From: Octopus sinensis
Taxonomy: Eukaryota
Assembly: GCF_006345805.1 (NCBI RefSeq)
Contig: NC_043003.1
Span: 13,578,001 to 13,642,000 of the forward strand
Direction of reading: 5' to 3'
DNA length: 64,000 nt
Shown here one piece after another: positions 12,312 to 24,862 of the stretch. Under the pieces are notes generated by a model. That model saw only the letters and a list, made by a program, of their open reading frames with translations. It made no database searches and was not told where the DNA came from. Positions within the stretch are counted from its first letter, which is position 1. Each line of letters starts with the position of its first letter. Made by a program: the position numbers and the translations under genes.

Positions 12312-12575
12312 AATCATCATCATCGTTTAACGTCCGTTTTTCGCGCTAGCACGGGTTGGACGGTTAGACAGGGGTCTGGGAAGCTAGAAGGCTGCACCAG
12401 GCTCCAGTCTGATCTGGCAGAGTTTCTACAGCTGGATGCCCTTCCTAACACCAACCACTCAGTGAGTGTAGTGGGTGCTTTTTACGTGCCACCTGCACAG
12501 GTGCCAGGGGAGTCTGGCATCGTCCACGATCGGTTGGTACTTTTAACGCGCCACCGGCACGGAAGCCAGCCAAGG
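12312..12575 (-). mobile_element. SINE family 4 (Nin-domain-like, (GAT)n tail)
   Basis: The minus strand has GTTGGTGTTAGGAAGGGCATCCAGCTGTAG and ends GGACGTTAAACGATGATGATG. Homologs at 13745-13795, 28985-29145, 41170-41540, 43280-43480, 47345-47470 and 56910-57010. Confidence 0.75.
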
Positions 12576-12792
12576 CAAAAATAACTGTCACTATAAAGCT
12601 TGTGTTTGCAAAACTTTTCATGGAAAGTTTAATTCAAATAACTTTAAAACAATAAGCTTTGTATCATAAAAGCAGAGATAAGACAGGCAGGTTGGTAGCA
12701 AAAGGACTTACCTACCAGACCTTAATACATATGCTTTTGGTATATAAGCTTTATGTCTGAAGTATTCTACTAGAGTCACATTGTTTGATATA

Positions 12793-13030
12793 TAGAGGGT
12801 GGCCCAAAAAATATGTTTACAGTTATCATATAGGCACTTTAAATTTCTTTTAAAACATTTTATTACATTTAAATTTCTATCTTACAAAGTGAAAGGGGAG
12901 CTTGATAAAATTAACTAAATTAGCATAGAATAATGGTTTCATATTTTTTATAATTAAGATCTAAATGTTAATGTATGAATGCGAAAAAGGCACTTGAACA
13001 ACTGTAAACCTACTTTTGGGCCACCCTGTA
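12793..13030. mobile_element. Tc1/mariner-type MITE
   Basis: About 30-bp imperfect TIRs (TAGAGGGTGGCCCAAAAAATATGTTTACAGTT / AACTGTAAACCTACTTTTGGGCCACCCTGTA) with TA at both ends. Confidence 0.85.
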
Positions 13031-13216
13031 CATAATCAGTGTCCCTCTACTCCTGTATGTAGAGAGAGAGAGAGAGACACACACATATGAAATTTGTTGA
13101 GGGAGATTTTTAACACCCAGATGCTCTTCCAGTTGCCAACCCTAAGCAAAATAATATTTCTCCTCAGATTTGCACATAAAGAGTATAGTCTGTATGACAG
13201 TGGTATTTATTAATTA

Positions 13217-13460
13217 GAAGGCGGCGAGCTGGCAGAATCGTTAGCATGCCAGGTGAAATGCTTAGTAGTATTTCGTATGAAGCTACGTTCTGAGTTCAAA
13301 TTTTGCCGAGATCGACTTTGCCTTTCATCCTTTCGGGGTCAATATAATCGACTTAATCCATTTGTCTGTCCTTGTTTGTCCTCTCTGTGTTTAGCCCCTT
13401 GAGAGTAGTAAAGAAATAGGTATTTCATCCGTCAAGCCCCTTGTGGGTAGTAAAGAAATA
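13217..13460 (+). mobile_element. SINE family 2 with duplicated tail
   Basis: Family 2 head and core, with a perfect 15-bp flanking duplication GGTATTTATTAATTA. Confidence 0.88.
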
Positions 13461-13670
13461 GGTATTTATTAATTATTAGCCATTGTGTTGCTAAGGTAAG
13501 AGGATATATGAGAAGGATTCTTTCAGTTTCTGCCAGCTGAATTCACACACAGGCTTTGTTCAGCTTGGAGCTATAGTAGAAGACACTTGCCTAACATGCA
13601 GTGCAGAAAGGTTGAACCTGAAACTATGTAGCTGCAAAACAATCTTCTGAACCACACAGCCACACACAAT

Positions 13671-13745
13671 GGGGGTGCTGAAAAGTTCTTGGCTTTGGGT
13701 AAAAGAAAATACAAGGGAAACAGTTAATTATGATTCTATTGAACA
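13671..13745. mobile_element. Possible mariner-like terminal fragment
   Basis: GGGGGTGCTGAAAAGTTCTTGGCTTT resembles a mariner TIR; no partner end was found. Confidence 0.3.
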
Positions 13746-14061
13746 ACCCGTGCTAGCGTGGAAAACGGACGTTAAACGATGATGATGATGATGATATTCC
13801 CCTCTCTGATTCACACACTTATTGCAGCAGTCATTCATTATTCTAAGCCCCATAAAAGAATTTGGAAGTTTGGGCCTCCAACCAGGCCTATCACAATACC
13901 CTTAAAGTCAGGAACTTTTCAGCACTTCTTCATATATACAGACACACAGAGGGTAACACAAAATTCACGGAGGTGTTTAAATTTTTTGAACAATTTCTTA
14001 ATTTTTAGTTTAAATACAATTTTATTCAATTCCATACTTTTTTGTAACTTTTGGTCCAATC

Positions 14062-14104
<43 letters not shown>

Positions 14105-14119
14105 TTATTTTTATGTGCC

Positions 14120-14397
14120 CTTCTCGAGCCTAGCCATATCATGGGCCCAGTTTCCTGGTTTCTGTGGCGTATGTGTTCCCCCCAGCTGGACGGGACGCCA
14201 GTCCAGAGTTACACAAGAAACAGAAAGAGAGAGTGAGAGAAAGTTGGGGCGAAAGAGTACAACAGGGGTCGCCACCACCCCCTGCCGGAGCCTTGTGGAG
14301 CTTTAGGTGTTTTCGCTCAATAAACACACACAATGCTCAGTCTGGGAATCGAAACTGCAAGTCTGCTGCCCTAACCACTGGGCCATTGCGTCTCCAT
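14120..14397 (-). mobile_element. SINE family 5 (tRNA head; V-domain-like 3' part)
   Basis: Minus-strand head GCAATGGCCCAGTGGTTAGGGCAGCAGAC...GTTTCGATTCCCAGAC; the same head occurs at 42445-42632. Confidence 0.75.
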
Positions 14398-14400
14398 ATA

Positions 14401-14436
<36 letters not shown>

Positions 14437-14900
14437 ATAATAATTGGCCCTTTTTGTCTATGCAGACAGTCAATTTAGCTTAGAGGTCACTCAATCGAAC
14501 ATATTTACATGATCAACATCTACTGTTGAGAAATTGAGGTTTTAGGATCACTGAAACAGTAGAATTGAAATTATTACCGGACCTAGCTTTGTACCCTCGG
14601 TCACAACATTTAGAAGAAGAATGAAAAAGGAAGAGAAAAAGTTCTATAAAACTTGAAGCACAGAGAGAGAGAGAGAGAGATAGAGAGTGGGGTGAGGGGA
14701 CATAAGAAGAATAAAGTTTCATAACAGAATTACACTGATTATTATAGTGTTGAGGAGGATTAGTGAGAAAGGATTAATTCTTTTATTACTGGGAAGGTGG
14801 TATCATTTGGAGGCTACAGCAATGCCAGGAAGCACATTGTGGCCAGTGGTGTATAACCAATTTGGTCTGGTGGATACTGTCTATTGAAGTACACTATTAT

Positions 14901-15283
14901 AGGCACAGGTGGTAAGTAGCTTGCTTACCAACCACATGGTTCTGGGTTCATTCCCACTGAGTGGCACCATGGGCAAGTGTCTTCTACTATAGCCTACTGT
15001 GGCCGACCAAAGCCTTGTGAGTGGATTTGGTAGATGGAAACTGAAAGAAGCCTGTTGTATATATGTATGTGTGTATATGTTTTTGTATTTCTGTTTGTCC
15101 CCCCAGCATCGCTTGGTGGTGTGTTTACATCCTCGTAACTTAGTGGTTTGGCAAAAGTGACCGATAGAATAAGTATTTGGCTTACAAAGAATAAGACCTG
15201 GGGTCGATTTGTTTGACTAAAGGCAATGCTCCAGTATGGCCACAGTCAAATGACTGAAACAAGTAGAAGAGAGTAAAAGAGTA
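14901..15283 (+). mobile_element. SINE family 1, near full length
   Basis: Head, CORE-like block, internal microsatellite and GAGTAAAAGAGTA tail. Confidence 0.9.
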
Positions 15284-15304
15284 TTATTTTTTCTTTCACT
15301 TAAT

Positions 15305-15537
15305 TCAACCCTTTTAGCATTCAGGTTTTTTGTATCAAATGTAATGCTTATTTATTCATATTGTTTTGAATTAATCATGCATTATCTTGTAGCTTTGAGA
15401 TTTTGACAATGTGGTCGTTTATTTTTTTTAGAATGACATTGTAGAGTAGGTGTGATAGGCCAGATCAGGTTAGTTTGAACATAAAACAGGCAGAAGTGTT
15501 TGACCGGATGTGGCTGGTTTGAATGCTAAAGGGTTGA
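15305..15537. mobile_element. piggyBac-like MITE family A
   Basis: Ends TCAACCCTTTTAGCATT and AATGCTAAAGGGTTGA: CCC/GGG termini with degenerate TTAA. Further copies at 27085-27295, 30135-30715 (split by a SINE), 42176-42795, 52324-52524 and 54150-54570. Confidence 0.75.
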
Positions 15538-16082
15538 AAGATGCTGATGAATAGCATTAAAATAATTTTCTTGTTACTAAGCTGATGTTTCAGACAGAAT
15601 TATATTTGGAAGTTTAATTGCAAGTTCCAATTTAAATTACTTTATAACAAGTAGAATCAAGGGACGGTCTCAGGTGAGTGGGTATTAAAAGGGTTAATGA
15701 GTGTACACTGACATCTACATCAATGATATCAATTAGAGTGCCTGATTATGTAGCTAGGGTATTTAACTCACAAATGTAATGCCATGAGATCAATTCCCAG
15801 GGGCATATACATACATACAGATATACATACATATAGATATAAATATATATGATATTTGATTTAGATGTATTTCTCCATTTTCTTATCTTGTATATATATA
15901 TATATATATGTATATATATCATCATCAGCCTTCCATGCTGGCATGGGTGATCATATATATATATATAATCAAGGTACTCCGAATGAATAAGGTGAGATAA
16001 TCTGATGGTAGAAAGAATTCCACAGATTAGGTACTCCAAAGCCAGTGAGAAGAATAGGGATCCGTATGTATATGTATGTATG

Positions 16083-16123
<41 letters not shown>

Positions 16124-16152
16124 TGTGTGTGTGTGTGTGTGTGCATGCATGA

Positions 16153-16242
16153 AAATGCTGGTTTGACAACGTCAAGGACTGGACATGTCACAGCACAGAG
16201 ATCCTGTTATGCATGCCAGAGAACAAACACCAGTGGCAATAG
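16153..16242 (+). mobile_element. RTE-clade LINE 3' ORF fragment
   Basis: Translates to KCWFDNVKDWTCHSTEILLCMPENKHQWQ*, matching the RTE C-terminal pattern W-x-DN[IV]K[DE]WT...LL...[DN][RK]xxW. Confidence 0.65.
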
Positions 16243-16255
16243 CTGACTATGAAAG

Positions 16256-16362
16256 AGCCTAGAGGGGCTCCCCAACAACTGTAAAGAAGAAAATGGAGAA
16301 GATGGATCATCATCTAGATTCCTTAACTGATGTAGACAGTCGTTGGGGAACCCCTCTAGGCT
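16256..16362. mobile_element. Short MITE-like fold-back
   Basis: 26-bp inverted arms (16256-16281 and 16337-16362) with 2 mismatches; GGGGCTCCCCAAC resembles hAT termini. Confidence 0.6.
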
Positions 16363-16421
16363 TAAAACTTAATGCAATAAAAAGTATCCCTTGATAATCC
16401 AGTCTAGTTAAGCAACTAAAT

Positions 16422-16671
16422 CAGTGGTTCTCAACCATCATTTTTTTTATATCTAGGGACCCATCCAATCCCTATTATACTTGTAGCCATTGATGTTAGA
16501 AAAAAAAATCTCATATTTTTAGAATTAAATATCATTCGAAATTTCATTAAAAAAAAATTAAGTTATTTGGTAAATTAAAGGAGTATAATCAATTTATTTC
16601 ATAAATTTTAATTAAAAAAAAAATTTATATGAAGTCCCAAAGGGTCAGATGGACCCTAATTGAGAACATTG
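16422..16671. mobile_element. hAT-Charlie-like MITE
   Basis: TIRs CAGTGGTTCTCAA / TTGAGAACATTG and an 8-bp TSD AACTAAAT / ATCTAAAT (7 of 8 identical), close to the NTCTAGAN Charlie target. Confidence 0.82.
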
Positions 16672-16856
16672 ATCTAAATGTACTTGGAACACCTATTTTC
16701 AGGATTCCAAACAGCCATCATGGTGAAACGCACACAGAAACTGTAATATAAACTTGTGTTCATCCTTATTTTTCATTCACACACACACAAAGAGTAAGCA
16801 CGTAAATGCAAAACTAGTTGGAGAAAATAGTACTTGAATACAGAGGGTAGAGTAAT

Positions 16857-17030
16857 ATACTTTTTGTTAAAGCTGCAAAAAACTGTTACTCAGAGTTTCA
16901 TGTTCCCATTTGTCGGGCAGTTGTGATTCAAGACTCACAACTTGATCTCAACTGTCTGACAAACAGGGACGTGCAACTCTGAGTAACAGTTTTTTTGTGA
17001 GGCTTTTTGCAGCTTTAACAAAAATAGTAT
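16857..17030. repeat. Imperfect inverted repeat with hammerhead-like motif in each arm
   Basis: Arms of about 65 bp; see findings. Confidence 0.85.
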
Positions 17031-17086
17031 GTATGTATATCTGTAGGTTTGGTGATGCAAACAGGAAAAATAGAACTCAAAACATA

Positions 17087-17480
17087 ACTCTTTTACTCTT
17101 TACTCTTTTACTTGTTTCAGTCATTTGACTGCGGCCATGCTGGAGCACCGCCTTTAATCGAGCAAATCGACACCGGGACTTATTCTTTTGTAAACCCAGT
17201 ACTTATTCTATCGGTCTCTTTTGCCGAACCGCTAAGTAACGGGGACATAAACACACCAGCATCGGTTGTCAAGCAATGCTAGGGGGACAAACACAGACAC
17301 ACAAACACACACACGCATATATATATACATATATACGACGGGCTTCTTTCAGTTTCCGTCTACCAAATCCACTCACAAGGCTTTGGTCGGCCCGAGGTTA
17401 TAGTAGAAGACACTTTCCCAAGGTGCCACGCATTGGGACTGAACCCGTAACCATGTGGTTGGTAAACAAGCTACTTACCA
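17087..17480 (-). mobile_element. SINE family 1, near full length
   Basis: High identity to the copies at 25778 and 36218. Confidence 0.9.
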
Positions 17481-17999
17481 TTCTCAATGCATGGAAATCT
17501 CAGACCTTGAATCTATCTATATATTTATCTTTAAATTACATACATATAAGGGGGATGACCACTAAGTGGACATCCATTATGCTAGATGTAGACCCCTTAT
17601 TCCCATACACAGACATGCTTCACATTAAAGAAGGTGGAGAGCTGGCAGAATCATTACTGAGGAAACTGCTCAGCAGCATTTCTTCTCTGAATTTATGTTC
17701 TGAGTTCAAATCCTGCCCACGATCGGCTTTGCTATTTGTCCATTGGGGGGGGGGGGGGGGGCAATAAAATAAGCACCAGTTAAACATTGGGGAGGGGTCA
17801 ATGTAATTTACTTATCCTTTGCCCCAAAATTGCTGGCCTTGTGCCAAAATTCTCAAATTTCAATCCTACCAAGAAAGCAGATAGTGAAAGAAATAAAAAA
17901 CAAAAACACAGAATATAGTGGGATTCCATCCCAGTTACAATGACAAGTGTTCAAACTGATCTGATCGACAGAATAGCCTGCTTGTAAAATTAACATACA

Positions 18000-18650
18000 A
18001 GGCACCTTGGCAAGTGCCTTCTGCTATAGCCTCGGTCCGACCAAAGCCTTGTGAGTGGATTTTGGTAGACAGAAACTGAAAGAAGCCCATCGTATATATG
18101 TATATATATGTCTGTGTTTGTACTCCCAACATCGCTTGACATCGCTTGGCGGTGTGTTTACATCCCCATAATCTAGCAGTTCGGCAAAAAGGGACCGACA
18201 GAATAAGCACTAGGCTTACAAAGAATAAATCCTGGGGTCGATTTGCTCAACTAAAAGTGGTGCCCCAGTATGACTGCAGTCAAATGACAAACAAGTAAAA
18301 GAGTAAAAGAATAAGGCGCAGGAGTGGCTGTGTGGTAAGAAGCTTGCTTCCCAACCACATGGTTCTGGGTTCAGTCCCACTGCGTGACACCTTAGGCAAG
18401 TGTCTTCTACTATAGCCTCAGGCCGACCAAAGCCTTGTGAGTGGATTTGGTAGATGGAAACTGAAAGAAGCCCATTGTGTGTATATACATATATATACAC
18501 ACACACACATATTTGTGCATCTGTGTTTGTCCCTCCCACCATCACTTAACTGATGTTGGTGTGTTTACATCCTCATAACTTAGCAGTTCAGCAAAACTGA
18601 CTGATAGAATAAGTACTAGGCTTACAAAGTCCTGAGGTCGATTTCTTCGA
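18000..18650 (+). mobile_element. Two tandem SINE family 1 copies
   Basis: A 5'-truncated copy at 18000-18310 followed directly by a second head AGGCGCAGGAGTGGCTG at 18314. Confidence 0.88.
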
Positions 18651-19055
18651 ATTAAAGCAGAGTAAATAAAACAGAGGACAGCTGATGAAGGGAATGTTCT
18701 TTACGTTGCATGTCTTGTTTCTGTGTTTGTTTGTTTTTGTTGTTCGAAAAAAAGTTTGTTTTTCTATGTTCTCGTTTCTCATTCTGTCTCTGTTTTTTTG
18801 ATGTCCTGTACCCATATATGCATGTACATATATATGTAGGTATGTACATATATGTATGTATATATGCATATATTTATATTATTATTATATATATGTACAT
18901 TCATTATAGCATGATGCATTTACATGTAGTTATAGCCCTTAATATAATGAATGTATTTATATTTAAAGGGAATAATTATATATTTTATTTAAATTTTCCC
19001 CTTAACTAATTTTTCACACTGGCTACTTGATAAATTCTTATGTAGATTTTATCCT

Positions 19056-19100
<45 letters not shown>

Positions 19101-21074
19101 CATTTAAAGAGAAGAGAAAATGGAGATTAGGAAGTTAATAATTGTTTATTATTTAACAGCAAATTGGTCATCTTCACTTACAGCCGTTTCAATTATTACT
19201 CTTCTTCTTTAAAATGAATACAAACTATGTTTTTATATATATTTATTATTTTAAGGAAATTCATTCCCCCAAAATACTAGGTATTGAACCAGTATTTCCT
19301 CAAATGAAACAATCCCTTCATGAGGCTTACACATCCTCTAATTAAATTTATATACATACAGACACACACATGTATATATTTATGTCTGTGTCTATTTGCT
19401 CCCTGTGACCTAGCAATTCGGCAAGAGACAGAAAAAATACCAGGCTCACAAAGAATAAGTCGATTTCTTCGACTAAAAAGCATTGCTCCAGCATGGTTGT
19501 AGTCATATAACTGAAACAGGTAAAAGAATATACACACACACACACATATTATTGTTCTACTAGCATTATATACAAACAATGTAGTAAGCTGACGATGAGC
19601 TTACCTAAGTAACGTATATCTATATTCGATTCTAACTTATTCTTTTCTGTGTCTAACACTTAGCAGAGGATTTTGCTGTGTAAAACCCAGTCTTAAGGAC
19701 TCAACGGAAAATATCAAATATCTTTTTAATCATCCTTCAATAAAGAGAGGTACTCTTCTACAAAACATTACATATTTTCCACTTCTCACTCGCTCCAACA
19801 CATATTCCATCCCAACACTTTTACAGAACAAGATCGGAAGATTTTAAAGAATGCTTGTATGTGTATGTATAACTGTACATACATCAATATTATCATTAAA
19901 TGTTCGTTTCCCGTGCTGGCATGGGTCGGACGGTTCGACGGGAGTTGGTGAACACCAAACTGTAATATGTGTCATAGAATTAGAAATACAAGGTCCTTTG
20001 TACAGTATTATATATTTGAAAGAAATAAATAGCGACTTTTATGATAATTTTTCTACTTTAATAATTAGATTTTTTTCAAATAAATTACCAAGTTTACAAA
20101 TCGTAAATAGCTAATAATTTATAAACATTTAATTACTAAGGTGAAAAATTATAAAAAAAACTAATTGTTATTCATTTATTCAACATATTTATCTGTTTGG
20201 TTGGTGCCTCTTCTATATCAGTATATATTGGTCTAATATCGTAGAACAAAGCCATGGGAAAATACGGTCGAAATATATTTTATCACCAAAGTTTTTTTTT
20301 TTGTTTATTAAACAGTATATTGAACGGTTATGGTAATTCTATAAGAAAATCGTTTTTTGCGATAGAATAGGGTTTATAAAAGCAGAAGAAACACATCAAT
20401 CCTGGGATTATTTTACTTAGGATCCAAATAAAATATTCATGCAGTGTCTACATGCCAGAAATAGCAGCCAAATCCCTTCCCTTAAATACCATTCGACTGC
20501 TACCAAAAAAAAGTAACACAAAAAAATAAAAAGGAAAATAAATAAATGGGCACATTAGATAAGAGGCAAGTCCTATTTTACGTCCCCTAAAACAGATAGC
20601 CATGCATGGAATGCCTTTGGTTAAAAAAACATCTAATGGATCCCGACCGAGCTTGGCCTGAGGCTGAACAACAGCAAGATTTTATAAAGAATGCAAGCTT
20701 TTTTTTTTTTGTTTAAAGAAAAAAAAAACACACACTCATTTATTAATTACTAAATTACAAATCCCCAATACAACTCAGGCACGCACCCAAGCATGCACAC
20801 ACACACACACCTGGCCAAAAACAATTATCATTATTTTTTTTTTTTTGAAGGTTTTTTTTACAAGATAAACTTTTGAGTAGCAGTGCAATGGCAAGCTCAC
20901 CAGGTTTTCTTTCTTTTTTCTTTTACCTGGTGACATCTTGACACAGAATAGTAATATAGTTCCAGTTACCAGTTATACCATGGCTAGGGAAGGAGGGAGA
21001 AAATATTTTTCGTAAATAATACATTTAACAATTTCAGCAAAGTAGCATATATAGATTTGTGTGTGTATATATGG

Positions 21075-21105
<31 letters not shown>

Positions 21106-21469
21106 ATGATTGTGCATACATGGGCATGTGCTACAGTAAGAGAGAAGGAAAGAGTATTTGCTATCGTAGCTGTTGGATAGCTTGGTGACAGCAGTGTGCA
21201 CGTAAAAACCATATGCAATTAACTAGATGTACACAGAGCAGAAAAGGAAATATTATATATGCACACACACACATGCACGGAGAGGGAATATTATACACGC
21301 ATACACAAGAGGGAATATCATACACACACACACGTGTATGTGTGTATAATATTCCCTTTTATACTATAATATATATATATATATACATACACACACACGT
21401 TTATTTCTATGTTGTTACAATAAAAGCTATACACACACGCACAAAAGGGAATGTTATATATTTCATATA

Positions 21470-21539
21470 TACACACTCATATATATATATATATATATAC
21501 ATATGTGTGTATATATATATGTGTGTGTGTGTGTGTATG

Positions 21540-21574
<35 letters not shown>

Positions 21575-21634
21575 AGATATATACTCATATGTGTCTGTGT
21601 ATATATATATACTTATACATACAAATATATATGC

Positions 21635-21686
<52 letters not shown>

Positions 21687-21980
21687 TATATATCTATATA
21701 TATATACTCATACACATAAATATATATGCGTATATATATATATATATACAACTATTAGTGGTTTGGAGTTTAACTGCTCTTTCTAGTGAGTCAGATCTCC
21801 TATTATGGTCATCTCTTGTGTTTATATGCGTATATATATATATACTCATACATATAAATATACATATGTATATACACACATAGGCATTAGGATTAAGGGG
21901 AAATATATATATATATATATATATATATACAACACACATATAATGTATGTATGCATGTATATTCACATACACACACAAGG
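21470..21980. repeat. Compound (TA)/(TG) microsatellite field
   Basis: Seen directly, with recurring TATATGCGTATATA sub-units. Confidence 0.95.
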
Positions 21981-22710
21981 ATTAAGAAGGAATAGATAAA
22001 ATATCTTATCCAAACACACACACACACACATAAAGAGGGAGTAATTTAGAAATGGAAGCTTGAATGAACCAAACTGTCACGGGCAGGAAAATCAATAATA
22101 TAGTGAGTGCGTATTGAGGCTAATCTAGATATAGATGTATGGTGTAGGAAAACAAAAATTTTGAAAAGGGGACGAGATGAGATGATGTGAGACAGAGAAT
22201 GGACGTAGAAGCCACGATTGACAACAGCAGCCACTACTAACGAACCCGCAAAAAGCACACTAATAGATCCAAGACACACACACACACAGTGTAGGTTATA
22301 ATATCATTAATGAATTTTTTTTAAATAAGAGACGTTATGTGCAATAAAACTGGTTTCATTTCTATTCAATCAGCCACAAGACCCCATGAAGAAGGAGAAA
22401 TAAACTAAAGTGTGGAATTTAAAAAGAAAAACTGCAACCTAAAACTATATTTTCCCCCCCCTCTTCACGAATTCAAAATTTCACAGCACACACAATATAT
22501 AATATATATAATATGATATGATATATATATATATAATATGATATGATATGATATATATATATATATATATAATATGATATATATGTATATATATATATAT
22601 TATCAATAATAACAAAGGGTAAAATTAATTAATTAACCGGTAATCAATAATTTCACCAAGTAGAATTCGGCATGAAAAAGGACCATTTCTCGGTAAACTT
22701 AAGTAATATT

Positions 22711-22878
22711 TTATAATTAGGGTTCAGCAAAGATTTGCTTTACCACATACAGAAGTTTAGAAATAGCAGCCAAAGAACCTTAGCTAGTCGCTTCTTAAAG
22801 TAGAGGAAATAGCTAAGGTTCTTTGGCTGCTATTTCTAAACTTCGGTATGTGGTAAAGCAAATCTTTGCTGAACCCTA

Positions 22879-22885
<7 letters not shown>
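22711..22885. repeat. Near-perfect 76-bp inverted repeat with 23-nt spacer
   Basis: Arms at 22711-22786 and 22810-22885, with one mismatch. Confidence 0.97.
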
Positions 22886-22947
<62 letters not shown>

Positions 22948-24699
22948 GCGTGTGTGTATGTATTTATTCAAAGCATATATATTACACACAGATTCCTTGA
23001 GGAGTTGGGTCAAAACGAGGTGAATAAGTTTATTTGTTGAGGTATTTATAACTGAATGACTCGCATTACACATTGCTAATTTCTAAACATATTCTAAGAG
23101 GAAAATAATTTTAGAAAAATAACTCGTTTTCAAGATTAAGAATAGAAAATAAAGAAGGAAAAATATATATATATATATGTGAAAAGACAAGGCTTTATTC
23201 TAAGGACAAAAGGGGAAACAGGAATAGAAAGAGAAAAGCCTTAAAACATCTATTAATGCCCAGATCAATTCTATTTAGCATTCACATTTTTAGCCCAAAA
23301 CACGAAAAAGAGAGAGAGAGAGGGGGGAAGAGAGATGACGGTGACGGCGGAGAAAAAAAGAGGGGGGGTATAAGATTTTCTCATTTGATAGTTTTGTTTG
23401 GCAAAGTTGAACTTCCTAGAAAGAAGAGAGAGGCTATGAAAGAAGTAGTTACGCATACAAGAAAGAAAACTTCCTCAATAAACAGTCAAGCAGTCAGTAA
23501 GTAGAGAGAGAGAGCTAGCCGGCTGTTAGTACAAACAGTACCTACTAAAAATATCGCACAGTAGTAGAATTACTAAAGTGTGTCCCAAAGCCAGCAGCTT
23601 GTACACACACACACACACACACACGCATATACTGTTAGGGTGGCAGTGACGGTGGGGAAAGAGAGTATCTTTTACACCGAATTCCTTGTTAAGATGAGAG
23701 GTGAGGATGGGGGTGGAAAAAACCCTGGGGTGGTAGGTAGTAGAGAAAAATGAAATAGGGGAAAGACTCGATTCGGTTTGTTTTTTTTCTTCTTTCCATT
23801 TTTATTTTGGCTCTGAATGATGATCACAGAAAGAACTGGAGAACGAACAGTTATTACTTCTGTAGGAAGAAAATGTTTTATGACACTAATCAATATGTAG
23901 CTATACATAATCAATATTATATGAGAAAAACTGCTGCTGTTTGTGGAGAAAAGACAACAGAAGTTTAGACTTTAAAACTCTCGCATATGAAAGAGCAGTC
24001 TGTTCAGCTTGCAAACTCATAGGAAAAAAATAAAAAGTTACAAATGTTCACTAAAACACTGTAATAATGCACAACTGTTAACTCATTTAATAACATGAAA
24101 AAGATCTTGTTAACCTTTTCATTACCGTATTTCTGTGAAAATACAGTGCATTTGTTTTAATTCAATTCATTTTGAAAATTATAGAGAATTTAGTAAAATA
24201 TAAACTATTGTCATTTATTAAGGTAGTGTTTGGAACATAACATGAAATTTTGATGGAAAGTTGTTTTTTTCTTCATTATTTATTTAGATCACTCCAAAAC
24301 AAGGGCTTATATCACGGAACTATCTCAATTGTTAAAATTTCTTCCAACCTCTCAAACTATTTCAAATTTTCACTAGATTATTTTCAAAATAAGTGTATTG
24401 TTATATTTTGATAATGAACATCATGTTCATTTTTTATTTTTTATCTTGAAATTAATAAGAAAGAAATTACATCAAGTGTAGAAAATTTGAAAAATTATCC
24501 GGTGAAAATTTGAAATACTTCAAATGTGGTCAGAAGAAATTTAACAAGATTCAACAGAAAAAAAATTGGACAGATTTCGACTTGACAATAAAATGTCTTT
24601 GTTAAAGCATAATAATAAATGATTGCTTTGATTCTTTTTTTCTAATTAACAACAAGAAGGGAAAAAATCACACAAATCAATTATTGATATGCTTTAACC

Positions 24700-24800
24700 C
24701 AGGGGTCCCCAATAGCCAGGGCTGCAGACCAGTACCAGGCCATAGAGAATTTGGAACTAGGCCAAACAGAAAGAATAACATTTTAAAATTTTATTTCTGT
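24700..24800. mobile_element. hAT-Charlie (MER1-like) terminal fragment
   Basis: CAGGGGTCCCCAA...GGGCTGCAGACCAGTACCAGGCC resembles MER1-type ends; no second TIR was found. Confidence 0.5.
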
Positions 24801-24862
24801 TCCATGGCCCTGTTGCAGTATGGGGGAGGTTGTTCCGTTATACATGCATTATATATTATTGT

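Noticed and set aside
17745-17761. G17 homopolymer (G-quadruplex potential)
   Set aside because: It is an expansion of a G run inside a SINE family 2 copy, with no evidence of function.
18670-18730. ACAG-CTGATGAAGGGAATGTTC
   Set aside because: There is no GAAA or closing stems downstream.
896-22000. ORFs rich in YI, VC, HT or LSIY repeats (e.g. 896-1299, 3775-4464, 6059-6492, 21213-21999)
   Set aside because: They are translations of stop-free microsatellites.
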